Positions 28,685-38,987 of a DNA stretch of 64,000 nucleotides are shown one piece after another. This DNA comes from Methanobacteriota archaeon (GTDB lineage: Archaea; Halobacteriota; Bog-38; Methanoflorentales; Methanoflorentaceae). Each line of letters begins with the position of its first letter. Position 1 is the stretch's first letter. The notes under the pieces were generated by a model. That model was not told where the DNA came from. It was given only the letters and a program-made list of their open reading frames with translations, and made no database searches. The position numbers were made by a program, and so were the translations under genes. The DNA is taken from contig OY969693.1 in NCBI GenBank assembly GCA_963701995.1, positions 1,025,512-1,089,511 of the forward strand, given 5' to 3'.

Positions 28685-29713
28685 TCAGCGCGGGGAAATT
28701 TTTATGTCGAGTACGACATGGTACTGGCGCGGAGCGTAGGATCTTACTTTCTTAAGGCGAATTCCCTCGACCGCTCTATCAAATCTTTCGACAGCTTCTT
28801 CAACTCTTTCAATCGTACTAGGAAACTCGTTTTCGGGTTTGACGTCATAATAATGGACAAAGCCGCCACTCCGGCTAAGCATTGTTACGGCGTCGCACAG
28901 GAAATTAAAGGCGGAATGCGGCAAATTCATAATGACGCGGTCTGCTACGCCTGTAAACTTAGGGGCTAGATCTTTAGCGTTGCCGAAGCACGCCTCGACG
29001 TTATGCAACCTGTTCAGTTCGATGTTGTTCTTCAAGCAGCGAAATGCATCGGGATTCTTCTCAAAGGCAACTCCTTTTTTGACTTTCTTGGCCAACAGTA
29101 TCGTAAAAGGCCCAACGCCGGCAAACATGTCCACTACGGTTTCCCTTGACTGCCCTAACTCGGCTATGCGATGCCGTTCTGTAGCTAGCCGTGGGCTAAA
29201 ATAGACGCGCGCAACATCCACTTGCAGTCTTGAGCCGTATTCTTTGTGCACCGTTTCCGTCCGTCTTTCGCCAGCGACGAAGACAAGGTCTTTGAGCCGA
29301 TATTGACCACCTACGCCACTAAGAGCTGCGAGTACTACTTTGATGTCTCTTCGTGTCTGCAGAAGCTCTGTCGCGGCGGCCAGAATGCCGTCGAACGAGT
29401 CAATTATAGCAATGTCCCCAATAACGTCGTACCGAATTCCAAGCCTCTTGCGAAGCGGTTGCAGCCGGGGTTTCAACGCGCACGGTTCAAGATCATAGCG
29501 AAGCTCATCAAGTTTTCCTTTGAAAGGGATATAAAGTCGACCGCGTCGTTCTTCTATTCTGTATCTCTCATCTAAGAGGCCAAGTTCCTTGAGCTCTTTC
29601 CTGACTCGCTCGCCTTCGTGCTTTGGTACACTAACGCACAATCTTTTTTTCGCCGACACAGGCATCCGCACGATATAAGAACACGCGACGCTTATCTTTT
29701 TTCTGGTCTCCAA
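28685..29713 (-). CDS. trm5: tRNA (guanine37-N1)-methyltransferase Trm5 / Taw2-family class I SAM methyltransferase
   Basis: DMFAGVGPFTI SAM motif and RVIMNLPHSA (the NLP variant of NPPY typical of Trm5/TYW2); 342 aa. Confidence 0.75.
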   Translation of the reverse strand: METRKKISVACSYIVRMPVSAKKRLCVSVPKHEGERVRKELKELGLLDERYRIEERRGRLYIPFKGKLDELRYDLEPCALKPRLQPLRKRLGIRYDVIGDIAIIDSFDGILAAATELLQTRRDIKVVLAALSGVGGQYRLKDLVFVAGERRTETVHKEYGSRLQVDVARVYFSPRLATERHRIAELGQSRETVVDMFAGVGPFTILLAKKVKKGVAFEKNPDAFRCLKNNIELNRLHNVEACFGNAKDLAPKFTGVADRVIMNLPHSAFNFLCDAVTMLSRSGGFVHYYDVKPENEFPSTIERVEEAVERFDRAVEGIRLKKVRSYAPRQYHVVLDIKISPR

Positions 29714-29828
29714 AGCCTAAGGCACGAGAGTCAAGACGAACATAGGATTCCAATTTGCCAAGAGAAAAAGCTATTTCATTTGACGCTAAGTTATTTGCCG
29801 AATTCTGCTCGCGAAATGAGGTGATGCG

Positions 29829-30605
29829 GTGCTGACCTTCGTTGGCTTAGGCTTGTACGACGAAGAAGACGTAACGGTGAAAGGACTAAAAGCGATCGAA
29901 AATGCTGATGTGATATATGCGGAGTTCTATAGCTCAAAGCTTCTAGGAACCACAATTGAGAAATTGGAAGAATTCTATAAGCGCGAAATCCGTCTGCTCG
30001 ACAGAAATGATGTTGAGCAAGTTCCTGACGAGACAGTTTTGCGAGATGCCGAGTGTAAGAATGTCGCTTTCTTAACGGCGGGCGACGCAATGATCTCTAC
30101 AACGCACGTCGATTTAAGGATACGGGCGCACGACAGAGGGATAAGCACTGAAATTATTCACGGGACGTCGATTGCTACGGCGGTATGCGGATTAACTGGG
30201 CTTCAAAACTACCGTTTTGGCAAGTCGGCAACTATTGCGTTTCCTTTCAGAGAGGTGTCTGACGTGCCCTACAACACGGTTACGGCAAATTTAAGAAGCG
30301 ATCTCCACACGTTGCTCTTTTTGGATATACAGGAAGAGCTTATGAAGCTTGGCCATGGAATCGAACTGTTGCTTCATAGTGAACATGAGAAAGGACGCAA
30401 TCAGTTGGCGTCTCTACTAGCCGTGGGCATTGCGCGAGCGGGGTCGCGTTCACCGACGGTTAAAGCAGACCTGTTGGCGAGGCTCAAGGAGTACGATTTT
30501 GGGCCTCCTTTGCACGTCCTTGTCATACCCGCGTCACTTCACTTCGTGGAAAAGCAGGCGCTTCAAACGTTTGCCGGTGCTCAAAATGTCCCAGATTGTG
30601 GCTAA
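29829..30605 (+). CDS. dph5: diphthine synthase
   Basis: MLTFVGLGLYDEEDVTVKGL... tetrapyrrole-methylase fold, 258 aa, classic Dph5 N-terminus. Confidence 0.9.
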   Translation: MLTFVGLGLYDEEDVTVKGLKAIENADVIYAEFYSSKLLGTTIEKLEEFYKREIRLLDRNDVEQVPDETVLRDAECKNVAFLTAGDAMISTTHVDLRIRAHDRGISTEIIHGTSIATAVCGLTGLQNYRFGKSATIAFPFREVSDVPYNTVTANLRSDLHTLLFLDIQEELMKLGHGIELLLHSEHEKGRNQLASLLAVGIARAGSRSPTVKADLLARLKEYDFGPPLHVLVIPASLHFVEKQALQTFAGAQNVPDCG

Positions 30606-30837
30606 AGTAGCGCTGTACGAAACGATGCTCCGCATCGCGTTGGAACGTGCGGAGATTGTTGTAAACGAGAAATGTTCTACCGATTTTTTGACCATGGCGC
30701 GGTCGTACTATGAGGATGGAATCTACTTTCGGACAAGCGGCGATTTGGTGAATGCACTGGTGTGCTTTAGCTACGGCCACGGGTGGCTTGATGCTGGTGT
30801 GCGTGTAGGGGCGCTTAAGGCCCAACAAGGAGAGTAG
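30583..30837 (+). CDS. small conserved archaeal protein (about 85 aa, DUF357-like?)
   Basis: Start at MSQIVAKVALYETML. Overlaps the dph5 3' end by 23 nt in a different frame; helical, charged. Confidence 0.35.
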   Translation, partial: KMSQIVAKVALYETMLRIALERAEIVVNEKCSTDFLTMARSYYEDGIYFRTSGDLVNALVCFSYGHGWLDAGVRVGALKAQQGE

Positions 30838-30926
30838 CCGTGGCTCTTCGGCTGAATTAGCGCTAGCATCTTTATTAAAACGCCTTTGTGCCAATATTAA
30901 TTAACTTTGTTGACTTACACTGGAGT

Positions 30927-31271
30927 ATGCCCAATTATTATGTCACGCTCGAGGCTGCGTGGTTGGTGAAGGACGTCAAGTCGGTAGATGATGCCATCGG
31001 CATAGCAATATCGGAGGCAGGCAAACGCTTAAACCCAAAACTGAGCAAGGTTGAAGTGGTGGTTGGGTCGATGTCGTGTCCTGCCTGTGGTGAAGTATTC
31101 GACGGCGTCTACTTGGTGGCTAATACCGCTCTTGTCGGGCTGATACTCGAGATAAAAGTCGTAAATGCCGAAAATGAGTCGCACGCCGCTAAGATCGCAA
31201 AGGCGGTAATTGGTAAAGCGTTAGCCGACGTGCCGCTGAAAGCAATTGACGTCGCCCTCAAAGAAGGTTAA
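30927..31271 (+). CDS. UPF0212 / DUF555 family protein
   Basis: [35 protein letters not shown]...CPACG pattern fits the archaeal UPF0212 family of about 115 aa with a CxxC motif. Confidence 0.5.
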   Translation: MPNYYVTLEAAWLVKDVKSVDDAIGIAISEAGKRLNPKLSKVEVVVGSMSCPACGEVFDGVYLVANTALVGLILEIKVVNAENESHAAKIAKAVIGKALADVPLKAIDVALKEG

Positions 31272-31307
31272 TTGCCACTGTTTCTGTTACCTTAGTTGGG
31301 GTTCTGA

Positions 31308-31973
31308 ATGCGTTTGATTGCTCTGATTTCTGGCGGCAAGGATTCTGTCTGCGCGTTGAATTGCGCGTTGCGTGAACACGAAGTTGTGCAGTTGGTCAAC
31401 GTACAGGCCGTAGAAGACTCGTTCCTGTATCACGTGCCGTGTGCACATCTCACTCGCCTAATTTCGGAGGCCGTCGACATTCCGCTAGTGTCGGGCGTAT
31501 CTTTTTCGCACGAGGATGAATTGACATTGTTGAAAACCCTGCTGCAAGGCGCGGAAGCGGACGGCGTTGTAGCTGGCACGATAGCGTCCAACTACCAAAT
31601 GAGCCGACTCAAGAAACTATGCGCTGAGCTTGAATTGCAGTTGTATGCGCCCTTGTGGAACAAAGGCAGTGAACGCTTGTTACGGGCAATGGCGGGCTCA
31701 ATGGATATTATCGTTGTTCAGGTCGCTGCTTACGGAATGAATGAATCGTGGCTCGGCAGGAAACTCGATGAAGGGGCGGTCGATGATTTATCCATATTGC
31801 ATAGAAAACACGGGGTGCACATTATGGGCGAGGGCGGGGAGTACGAAACACTTGTTGTGGACGCTCCTATCTTTAAAAGGCGCATTAAAGTAATGAATTA
31901 TGAAAAGAAGTGGTTTAGTGAGCAGTGGAGAGGGTGCTTGGAGATTCACGAGTTCAAACTCGTAGACAAATGA
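31308..31973 (+). CDS. dph6: diphthine--ammonia ligase (Dph6, PP-loop ATPase DUF71/MJ0570 family)
   Basis: N-terminal ALISGGKDS PP-loop, 221 aa, and location near dph5. Confidence 0.7.
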   Translation: MRLIALISGGKDSVCALNCALREHEVVQLVNVQAVEDSFLYHVPCAHLTRLISEAVDIPLVSGVSFSHEDELTLLKTLLQGAEADGVVAGTIASNYQMSRLKKLCAELELQLYAPLWNKGSERLLRAMAGSMDIIVVQVAAYGMNESWLGRKLDEGAVDDLSILHRKHGVHIMGEGGEYETLVVDAPIFKRRIKVMNYEKKWFSEQWRGCLEIHEFKLVDK

Positions 31974-31989
31974 GAACGTGGCGAACTAG

Positions 31990-33780
31990 ATGAAGTTGAG
32001 GATATTTGGCCCCAAGGAAAAAGTCGTAAAGGGCATGGAGGAGACGACTGCCGGCTTGATGAAGTATGTGTTTGCGGCTCCGCGGTGGAAGAACACCATT
32101 CCTGTCACGCTTGCTCTGTCGCTTGTGGTTGGCGCCGGTGTCTTCAATTTTGGATGGAGGGAAAATCTCCTCGCTGGCCTGATTCTTATCGGCGTACCAG
32201 CTGTGCTTGCCGCCGCCTTTACTCACCCATTAGCTCGGCTTCTGCAAGGCACTATGACGGTTAATCGCTCTGCTTTGTTAGCATTTGTAGGGGCCGTGAT
32301 AATCAGTGTCTTTTGCGTTCTCGGTGCACTGATTTCATTTGCAATCGGATGGCAACTGACAATCTCAGCCTACGTCATGTCCTTGGGCGCTGTCTTTGCG
32401 TTCAGAATTCTGGTGCTGATGGCCATAACGACGAAAAGCTTAGGTCGAAATGTAGTCCCTGCTTCGCTTCAAACGGTATTCGGAGCGTTTTTTTTGCCGC
32501 TGTTCGGAGCGACCGGCTACGTCGTGAACTTAGTAGCAATTAGTGCAGTATTCACGCTTGGCGCTTTGGTCTTCATAAGGTACATCGATGCGCCGCTGAG
32601 AAAATCTTTTGGCGTAAGCGGCATGGATTTCATTCGTAGTTACATTGCACAGACAGTAGAAGGCTCCCCTGGCATGGAGGACTTCTTCAAAAAGATAGGC
32701 GAAGCCGTTGAAGTCCCCGTCACCACACTGTCGTTCAGGTCGAACGAGCGCTTGAAAGCGACGTTTGTCGTACCAGCTGTTCATCCTGGTCCCGTCGGCG
32801 AGATTGGAGGCGGGAACCTTCCGGTAAGAATTGTAAAGAACCTCGACGGTGGAGAGATTTTTGTGCCTCACGGGACGGCAACGCACGATTTCAACTTGGT
32901 TTCGGCGACAGAATCACTGAAAATAGTTGAAGCTGCGGCACGCGCAGTGGAAAACACCCAATACAGTGCGGACGCGTCAAAATCGATTCGAGTGCAGAGG
33001 GGGGCCATCAAGCTTCTTGCACAGAGATTTGGCAACTCAGTCTTGTTTGTCTCGACTTTGTCGCCGGAGTCAACAGAGGACATCGAGTATGGGCTTGGTC
33101 TCGTCGCAAACGCTGAAGCGAGAACACGAGGCGTGCAGCATTCTGCGCTCATCGATGCACATAACTGCACGGCTCCTTACGCGTCATCCATGTGGGCGGG
33201 CACGAAGAACTCGTTCGACCTGATTGATGCGATCAGGGAAGCATCCTCGAGACTGATGCAATCAGAACCGCTAAAAAGTGGTATCAAGCTCGGAATAGCA
33301 AGGCGGGGGCCTATTTTTGGGCGAGATGAAGGTATGGGTGATCTCGGTATTCAGGTGGCATTGGTTGAAGTTGCTGGACAGCGCACCGCTTACGTGCTCG
33401 TTGATGCGAACAACATGGTGCCTAACTTGCGCGAAATCATCGTCAGCGCCCTGAAAGTCGATGAGGCAGAAGTCATGACCACTGACAACCACGTCGTGAA
33501 CTCCTACAGTGGCGTCAATCTCTTGGGTTTCAAAGCCGACAACGGCATCCTCTTGAAGGCGATTATCGAACTGGTTGATGAGGCACAGGCCAATCTTGAA
33601 CCGGTGCGTGTCGGGATGAACACCCAGCAGGCTAGCGGGGTATCGGTCTTTGGCTCGCAAAAGACGGCGCAGCTTGCAAGTACAGTAAATGCTATTATGG
33701 CGATGGGGGGCGCTCTGGGAATATCCGTGATAATAGCAGCTTTTGCTATTTCTTTGCTGCTTGTACTTTTCAACAGATAA
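31990..33780 (+). CDS. DUF2070-family archaeal membrane protein
   Basis: 596 aa: about six N-terminal TM helices, a large soluble middle domain, and a C-terminal TM. Immediately follows dph6 with a 16-nt gap. Confidence 0.45.
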   Translation: MKLRIFGPKEKVVKGMEETTAGLMKYVFAAPRWKNTIPVTLALSLVVGAGVFNFGWRENLLAGLILIGVPAVLAAAFTHPLARLLQGTMTVNRSALLAFVGAVIISVFCVLGALISFAIGWQLTISAYVMSLGAVFAFRILVLMAITTKSLGRNVVPASLQTVFGAFFLPLFGATGYVVNLVAISAVFTLGALVFIRYIDAPLRKSFGVSGMDFIRSYIAQTVEGSPGMEDFFKKIGEAVEVPVTTLSFRSNERLKATFVVPAVHPGPVGEIGGGNLPVRIVKNLDGGEIFVPHGTATHDFNLVSATESLKIVEAAARAVENTQYSADASKSIRVQRGAIKLLAQRFGNSVLFVSTLSPESTEDIEYGLGLVANAEARTRGVQHSALIDAHNCTAPYASSMWAGTKNSFDLIDAIREASSRLMQSEPLKSGIKLGIARRGPIFGRDEGMGDLGIQVALVEVAGQRTAYVLVDANNMVPNLREIIVSALKVDEAEVMTTDNHVVNSYSGVNLLGFKADNGILLKAIIELVDEAQANLEPVRVGMNTQQASGVSVFGSQKTAQLASTVNAIMAMGGALGISVIIAAFAISLLLVLFNR

Positions 33781-33826
33781 CGGCCACAGCGTGCTTCCCT
33801 TGAGTCGAAAAGCCGCTGGAGATCGG

Positions 33827-35545
33827 CTACTTGTGCGTGAAATAGCAAATGATTCTCGTCTGGCCGTGCTCTTCGAGCACCTGATCCACTCTGACAAAAC
33901 CGTAGCGTTCAAATTGTACTACTCGATTCAGCTCAGCAGCTATGCCAGGTTCGCCTATCCCGATATCGACTCCGCTAGGCGTGACGACCTCGACTTGAGG
34001 CCCGTTTGGTGGAGCCCAGTGAATTATTCTTGTGCCTTTGATGATTTCGTCGCCAGCGTATTCTGCCTCTAGCGGCTCTTTTTTTACAATTCGAACGTTG
34101 TAAAGATCTTTCAGCCGCACCAGATCGCTGCCGGATAAGGTGAGATCTTGTGCACTGACACACACGCAGCCTTCGACTGGGATCTCTCTAAAAGAGGTGG
34201 AAGATGATGGATGAAGTGGCGCGCGCGCTGTTGTGGGCTTGGCGTTCATTATGCTCATTGTAATCGGGTCCGACACGAAGAAGTATCTGTGAGCAACCGG
34301 ATCCACAAGTTTCCTGTTCTCGGCATGGAGGTTTTCCAAGCTAACGCTTATGTCCGACTCGTTAATGCCCAATTTCAGGAAAAACAGCCTGACGGCTTCT
34401 GGCGCAAAACCTCTGCGTCTCAAAGCCATTAAAGTGGGGAGTCTAGGGTCATCCCAGCCACTATAGAGCCCTTTGTCAATCTCACTCCTCAGCTTACTTG
34501 TTGAGAACTTGCCGAATTCGTGGATGCTGATCCTCCCCCAATGTAGGGTGAACGGATACGTCCAGCCCATATGATTGTAGAGGAACTCCTGCCTCCTTTC
34601 GCTGTCTCTCAAGTCCTTTCCACGAATTATGTGTGTAACTCTGAGCTCGTGGTCTTCGATCGCTGATTCGAAATCAAGCATCGGCCACACTCGAAATGCT
34701 AGTCCCCTGGGGTGTGCGGTGTCGACAATTCGAAAACCAATCCAATCTCGCAAAGCTGGGTTTTTATGCTGTACGTCGGTTTTGATCCGCAAGACAGCTT
34801 CTTTTTCGGCTAGTCGCCCGTCCAGCATCTGTTCCCAAAGGCGCATATTCTTTTCTGCGGCGTTCTCGCGGTCAGGACACGCCAATCTTGCGTCTTTGAG
34901 TTTTTTGAATTGCAGCTGGGTACAGGTGCAGACGTAAGCAGCCCCCTGCGCAATGAGTTTTTCAGCATAGTGATAGTATGTTTCCATTCGGTCCGAAGCG
35001 TTGACCACGACGTCTGGGGTTGCTTCAAGCCATTTGCAGTCCTCAAGGTACCAATCGTAGGCCTCAAGCAGTGGTGGCTTCGTTTGCGGGTCGGTATCGT
35101 CAAAACGAAGAATGAAAGAACCACCGTACCTTTTGGCGTATTCAGAATTCACAACAATTCCGCGAGCACTGCCAAGCGTAGCCGGCCCGTTAGGGTTAGG
35201 TGCGAATCGCATGGCTACGCGTTCATGGTGAGGCAACTCCGGAAGGTACATCTTTTTGTGTTGCGCCTTTACTGCTTTGCGTTGGAGGTTCGGGGCTATC
35301 TGTTGGAGTAGCTGCCTCTGCTCGTCAAGCGTCATTGCGTTGACGTCGGCGACGATGCTCTCTGCCAAGCCAGATATCTCTCTTGCTTGTTGTTTAAGTT
35401 CCGGATGCTCGCCTATGAGCTTTGAGACAACAGCGCTAGGATCTGCTTTACCTTTGTGTAGAATAGCGTTGTGCAGAGCGCGCTTCTTAATTGCAGTGCT
35501 TAAAACTTGAGGTTCCACATCACCGCCCCGATAACCTGCCTTCAA
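33827..35545 (-). CDS. gltX: glutamyl-tRNA synthetase (archaeal type)
   Basis: Class I fold; HIGH-region RFAPNPNGPATLGSARG; KMSKS-like GKFSTSK; 572 aa. Confidence 0.85.
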   Translation of the reverse strand: MKAGYRGGDVEPQVLSTAIKKRALHNAILHKGKADPSAVVSKLIGEHPELKQQAREISGLAESIVADVNAMTLDEQRQLLQQIAPNLQRKAVKAQHKKMYLPELPHHERVAMRFAPNPNGPATLGSARGIVVNSEYAKRYGGSFILRFDDTDPQTKPPLLEAYDWYLEDCKWLEATPDVVVNASDRMETYYHYAEKLIAQGAAYVCTCTQLQFKKLKDARLACPDRENAAEKNMRLWEQMLDGRLAEKEAVLRIKTDVQHKNPALRDWIGFRIVDTAHPRGLAFRVWPMLDFESAIEDHELRVTHIIRGKDLRDSERRQEFLYNHMGWTYPFTLHWGRISIHEFGKFSTSKLRSEIDKGLYSGWDDPRLPTLMALRRRGFAPEAVRLFFLKLGINESDISVSLENLHAENRKLVDPVAHRYFFVSDPITMSIMNAKPTTARAPLHPSSSTSFREIPVEGCVCVSAQDLTLSGSDLVRLKDLYNVRIVKKEPLEAEYAGDEIIKGTRIIHWAPPNGPQVEVVTPSGVDIGIGEPGIAAELNRVVQFERYGFVRVDQVLEEHGQTRIICYFTHK

Positions 35546-36501
35546 TACGCTCTCGAAATCATGTAGTCGGCAAGTTTGAGCAGCTTGGATTTTGCCTCTG
35601 AATCGGCTAGCTTGGCGAGTCGCGACTTGCCGACTCGGAGAATCTCAGCTGCCTTTTCCATCGCGTAATCGATTGATCCTGCATCCTGTAACTCTTTAAT
35701 TGCCATGTCGATTGCTTTTTCGCTCGTGAGTTGCGACGGGTCAAGCCTGATGCCGTGCTTGAGTCCGTGGATCATAACTAGCGTCATCTTGCCTTCTATT
35801 AGGTCACTGGCCTTATCTTTTCCAAGCACTTCACGCGCCGTAATCAAGTCGAGCACATCATCGCGGATCTGGAAGCCTATACCCATGGCTATTCCAAACT
35901 CCCACAGGGCGCTCACTTCGCTGTCGGTGCCGCCGCCAAGTATCCCCCCCATCGCCAAACCAGCTGCGTAGAGCACAGCTGTCTTTTTTTGGACCATGTC
36001 GAGATAGTCGGCCTCCGAAATATTTTTGTTATTTTCGAACGTTATATCCAGCCACTGTCCTTCGCAGATGTGTAGGCACGCTTTCGAGAGAAGCCTAAGA
36101 CATTTTGTTGCATTTTCTGGTTCTGTTTTAGTGTAAGAAAGGACCTCGAAGGCTTTAGCATAAAGCGCATCGCCTGCTAAGACGGCTTCTGACATACCCC
36201 ATTTTGTGTGCACGGTCTCTATGGAACGTCTTGTCGCGTCTTCGTCCATAATATCGTCGTGAATCAGCGTGAAATTGTGGATGAGCTCTACTGAAACGGC
36301 TGCTGGCAGTATCGTCTCAACAGCGATATTGGGTTGCACCGCTTCAGCGCCCAACAGCAGAACCACCGGCCGCAGCCTCTTCCCGCCAGCTTCAATAAGA
36401 TGTCGAGCGGCTCTGTACAGCTCCTCGGGGAAAACTACAGGGACACACTCGTTGAGCGCACCATCGATTATTGCCTTTCTTTTAAGCAAGTCGTCGTCCA
36501 A
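35542..36501 (-). CDS. idsA: geranylgeranyl diphosphate synthase (short-chain trans-prenyltransferase)
   Basis: FARM LIHDDIMDED and SARM IRDDVLD motifs. Confidence 0.9.
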   Translation of the reverse strand: MDDDLLKRKAIIDGALNECVPVVFPEELYRAARHLIEAGGKRLRPVVLLLGAEAVQPNIAVETILPAAVSVELIHNFTLIHDDIMDEDATRRSIETVHTKWGMSEAVLAGDALYAKAFEVLSYTKTEPENATKCLRLLSKACLHICEGQWLDITFENNKNISEADYLDMVQKKTAVLYAAGLAMGGILGGGTDSEVSALWEFGIAMGIGFQIRDDVLDLITAREVLGKDKASDLIEGKMTLVMIHGLKHGIRLDPSQLTSEKAIDMAIKELQDAGSIDYAMEKAAEILRVGKSRLAKLADSEAKSKLLKLADYMISRAY

Positions 36502-36577
36502 GTTGCTTACTCTTGACCCCTCCTGGAAAGTGCTGCTCTTTGAGGCAATGCAGCTCTGGCGGGGTTTTTCTCCGCCT

Positions 36578-37918
36578 TCAAGGTCTCACCGCAATGTTCT
36601 GGCCATTTCTTAGTAGGTGAATATTATCCCTTAGGCTGTACCCTGCTTCTTCTGCAAGTTCTACGTAGGAGCTTGTCATCGTTAGATCTCCGTGCGTGGG
36701 AAAAATATGGTCCGGCTTGAGCATCTTGATCAGTTCCCAGTGGTCTTCGCGGGCGGCGTGGCCCGACACGTGAACATCAGTATAAAGCCTTGCCCCTCGC
36801 ATTTTGAGCTTGGTTTCTACTGAATATCGATTCGCGGCGTTTATTGGGGTTGGTATCACTTCGGCAGAAAACACTATTTTGTCGCCGGGCGCGACTTCGT
36901 AAGGGGTTAGCCCTTTTGCGACCCGCGTGAGCATCGCTTCTGGTTCTCCTTGATGTCCCGTGATAATTGGAAGATATTTTTCTTTCCCTTCCTGCGCTAC
37001 TCTCCTTAATACCTTTTCTACAGATCTTCTGTTCCCGTAGACTCCAATGTCATTAGGAAGCTCGACGTATCCCATCTTTTCTGCAGTTCCTAGGTATCGT
37101 TCCATAGAGCGACCTAGGACCAGTGGGCGGCGGTCCATCTCGCGAGCTGCTTCGAAGATCGTCTTTACGCGGGCTATATGTGACGAAAACGTAGTTACGA
37201 GCACTCCACTGCCTTCTTCTTCAGTACCGAGAAGAACGTCACGCACCAAGTCTTTCGCGATCTGTTCTGACGGGGTCTTTCCTGCCTCCTTTACGCGAGT
37301 ACTTTCGACGATCAACGCGAGCACTCCGTCTTTTCCTAAACTCTTTAAGCGATTAAAGTCGGGGGGTTTGCCAATAACAGGCGTTCGATCAAGCTTGAAA
37401 TCGTTCGCATAGACCAGGGCACCGGCCGGCGTATGCAGAACGGCGAATATTGGATCGGGGATACTGTGCGTTGCTCGCACGAATTCAACCGCTATATCGG
37501 GAGTTATTTGATAAACCTGTCCTGCTTCGAGCGTGTAAAGGGGATTCTCGACGCCGAACTTCTTCTCAACGCGGATCTGTTGTGCGATGAGCTCCGCCGT
37601 AAACGGCGTGGATATTATCGGAGCTTCATACCTGTGCGCAAGCTTGGGGACGGCGCCTATGTGATCGAGATGTCCGTGCGTGCAGACTATCGCCTTCACT
37701 GATCTCTTTGCTTGACTCAGCATCGCGTCATTTGGTATCGCGCCCATCTTAATAAGGTCCATAGAATGCATCTTCTCGATTTCTGCATCCTCATGAATTG
37801 CAATTCGATCAAGTCTAAGGCCCATATCTATGATGACTATGTCTTCGTTCACCCGAATCGCAGTCATGTTGCGCCCGACTTCTTCGTAGCCGCCAATTGC
37901 GTTAACTTCTATCTCCAC
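36578..37918 (-). CDS. beta-CASP metallo-beta-lactamase ribonuclease (archaeal RNase J-like)
   Basis: HGHLDHIGAVP (HxHxDH) and beta-CASP motifs; 446 aa, the size of archaeal RNase J. Confidence 0.7.
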   Translation of the reverse strand: MEIEVNAIGGYEEVGRNMTAIRVNEDIVIIDMGLRLDRIAIHEDAEIEKMHSMDLIKMGAIPNDAMLSQAKRSVKAIVCTHGHLDHIGAVPKLAHRYEAPIISTPFTAELIAQQIRVEKKFGVENPLYTLEAGQVYQITPDIAVEFVRATHSIPDPIFAVLHTPAGALVYANDFKLDRTPVIGKPPDFNRLKSLGKDGVLALIVESTRVKEAGKTPSEQIAKDLVRDVLLGTEEEGSGVLVTTFSSHIARVKTIFEAAREMDRRPLVLGRSMERYLGTAEKMGYVELPNDIGVYGNRRSVEKVLRRVAQEGKEKYLPIITGHQGEPEAMLTRVAKGLTPYEVAPGDKIVFSAEVIPTPINAANRYSVETKLKMRGARLYTDVHVSGHAAREDHWELIKMLKPDHIFPTHGDLTMTSSYVELAEEAGYSLRDNIHLLRNGQNIAVRP

Positions 37919-37922
37919 AGCG

Positions 37923-38987
37923 CTACCTCCTCACCTGAAGCTCGGCTAGGTTGAATCCCCGTTGTTGTAGTATCTGCCTGGTTTCGCCAGTAATGACCAG
38001 CGGGCATTGCTTTAGATCAGGGAGTGTCTTACATCCAGTTAGGAACATTGCAACTTTCAATTCTTCAACGACCGCCATTATCTCACTTAGTACATATTTG
38101 GTCCCTTTGAATGCGGGTTTTAGCAGTGGCAAGCCTATCCCGCACAACGACGCACCGAGTGCAATGCACTTAGCCACGTGGAGGCCGTTCCTGATCCCGC
38201 CAGTTCCGATTACGGGTAAGGTGAGGGATTCCAAAATGGAGATTGCGGTCGGTATGCCCCAGCCGGCATAGAGCGCCCCCAACCTCTCTAGCAGGGGGTC
38301 TGTCTGAGCACGGTACGACTCAACTCTTGCCCAGCTCGTGCCCCCAGCGCCGCCCACATCAATTGCAGAAGCGCCTGCCTTTTTTAACTCAGCTGCGACT
38401 TCTCTCGAAATCCCCGCACCCGTCTCTTTGGCGATCATTGGCACCCGAAGAGAACCGGCAAGTGATTTCATCGCGTCGAGGCATCCTTCAGCGTCTGTAT
38501 TACCCTCTGGTTGCACCGCCTCTTGCAGGAAATTCAGATGAATTGCCAATGCATCTGCGTCAACCATATCGATCAAGCGGTCAATGATCTCTATATCATA
38601 TTCCTTGACTTGCGTGGCCCCAATGTTGGCTACTACAAAAGCGCTAGGGGCCCGCTCTCGAACTATGCTGAACGACTCGACCTGGTCAGGATGTTCAATT
38701 GCTGCGCGTTGACTTCCCACACCAATGCCGATGCCGAGTCGCTCTGCGGCCTCTGACAGCGCAGCGTTGATAGCAGTTGTCTCTTCGTGTCCGCCTGTCA
38801 TTCCTGCTATAAAGACGGGAGCTGTGAACCGCCTTTTTAGGAATGTAGCAGTCGCATCGATCCGTGACTTTGTCAATTCAGGAACTGCGTTGTGGACGAA
38901 TCTGATATCATCGAGGCCTGTTCTTCCTGATTCGACATCTTCAGCAGCACAGAGCATTAGATGCTCGATCTTTCGGTTCGTTGTCAT
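37923..38987 (-). CDS. fni: isopentenyl-diphosphate delta-isomerase type 2 (FMN-dependent)
   Basis: MTTNRKIEHLMLC N-terminus and TIM-barrel FMN motifs (GGTSWARVE, IGTGGIRNGLHVAK). Confidence 0.9.
   Translation of the reverse strand: MTTNRKIEHLMLCAAEDVESGRTGLDDIRFVHNAVPELTKSRIDATATFLKRRFTAPVFIAGMTGGHEETTAINAALSEAAERLGIGIGVGSQRAAIEHPDQVESFSIVRERAPSAFVVANIGATQVKEYDIEIIDRLIDMVDADALAIHLNFLQEAVQPEGNTDAEGCLDAMKSLAGSLRVPMIAKETGAGISREVAAELKKAGASAIDVGGAGGTSWARVESYRAQTDPLLERLGALYAGWGIPTAISILESLTLPVIGTGGIRNGLHVAKCIALGASLCGIGLPLLKPAFKGTKYVLSEIMAVVEELKVAMFLTGCKTLPDLKQCPLVITGETRQILQQRGFNLAELQVRR

Noticed and set aside
30523-30894. 123-aa minus-strand ORF across the dph5 3' end and the small DUF357-like ORF
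   Set aside because: Antisense to two plus-strand genes with better coding character; no motif.
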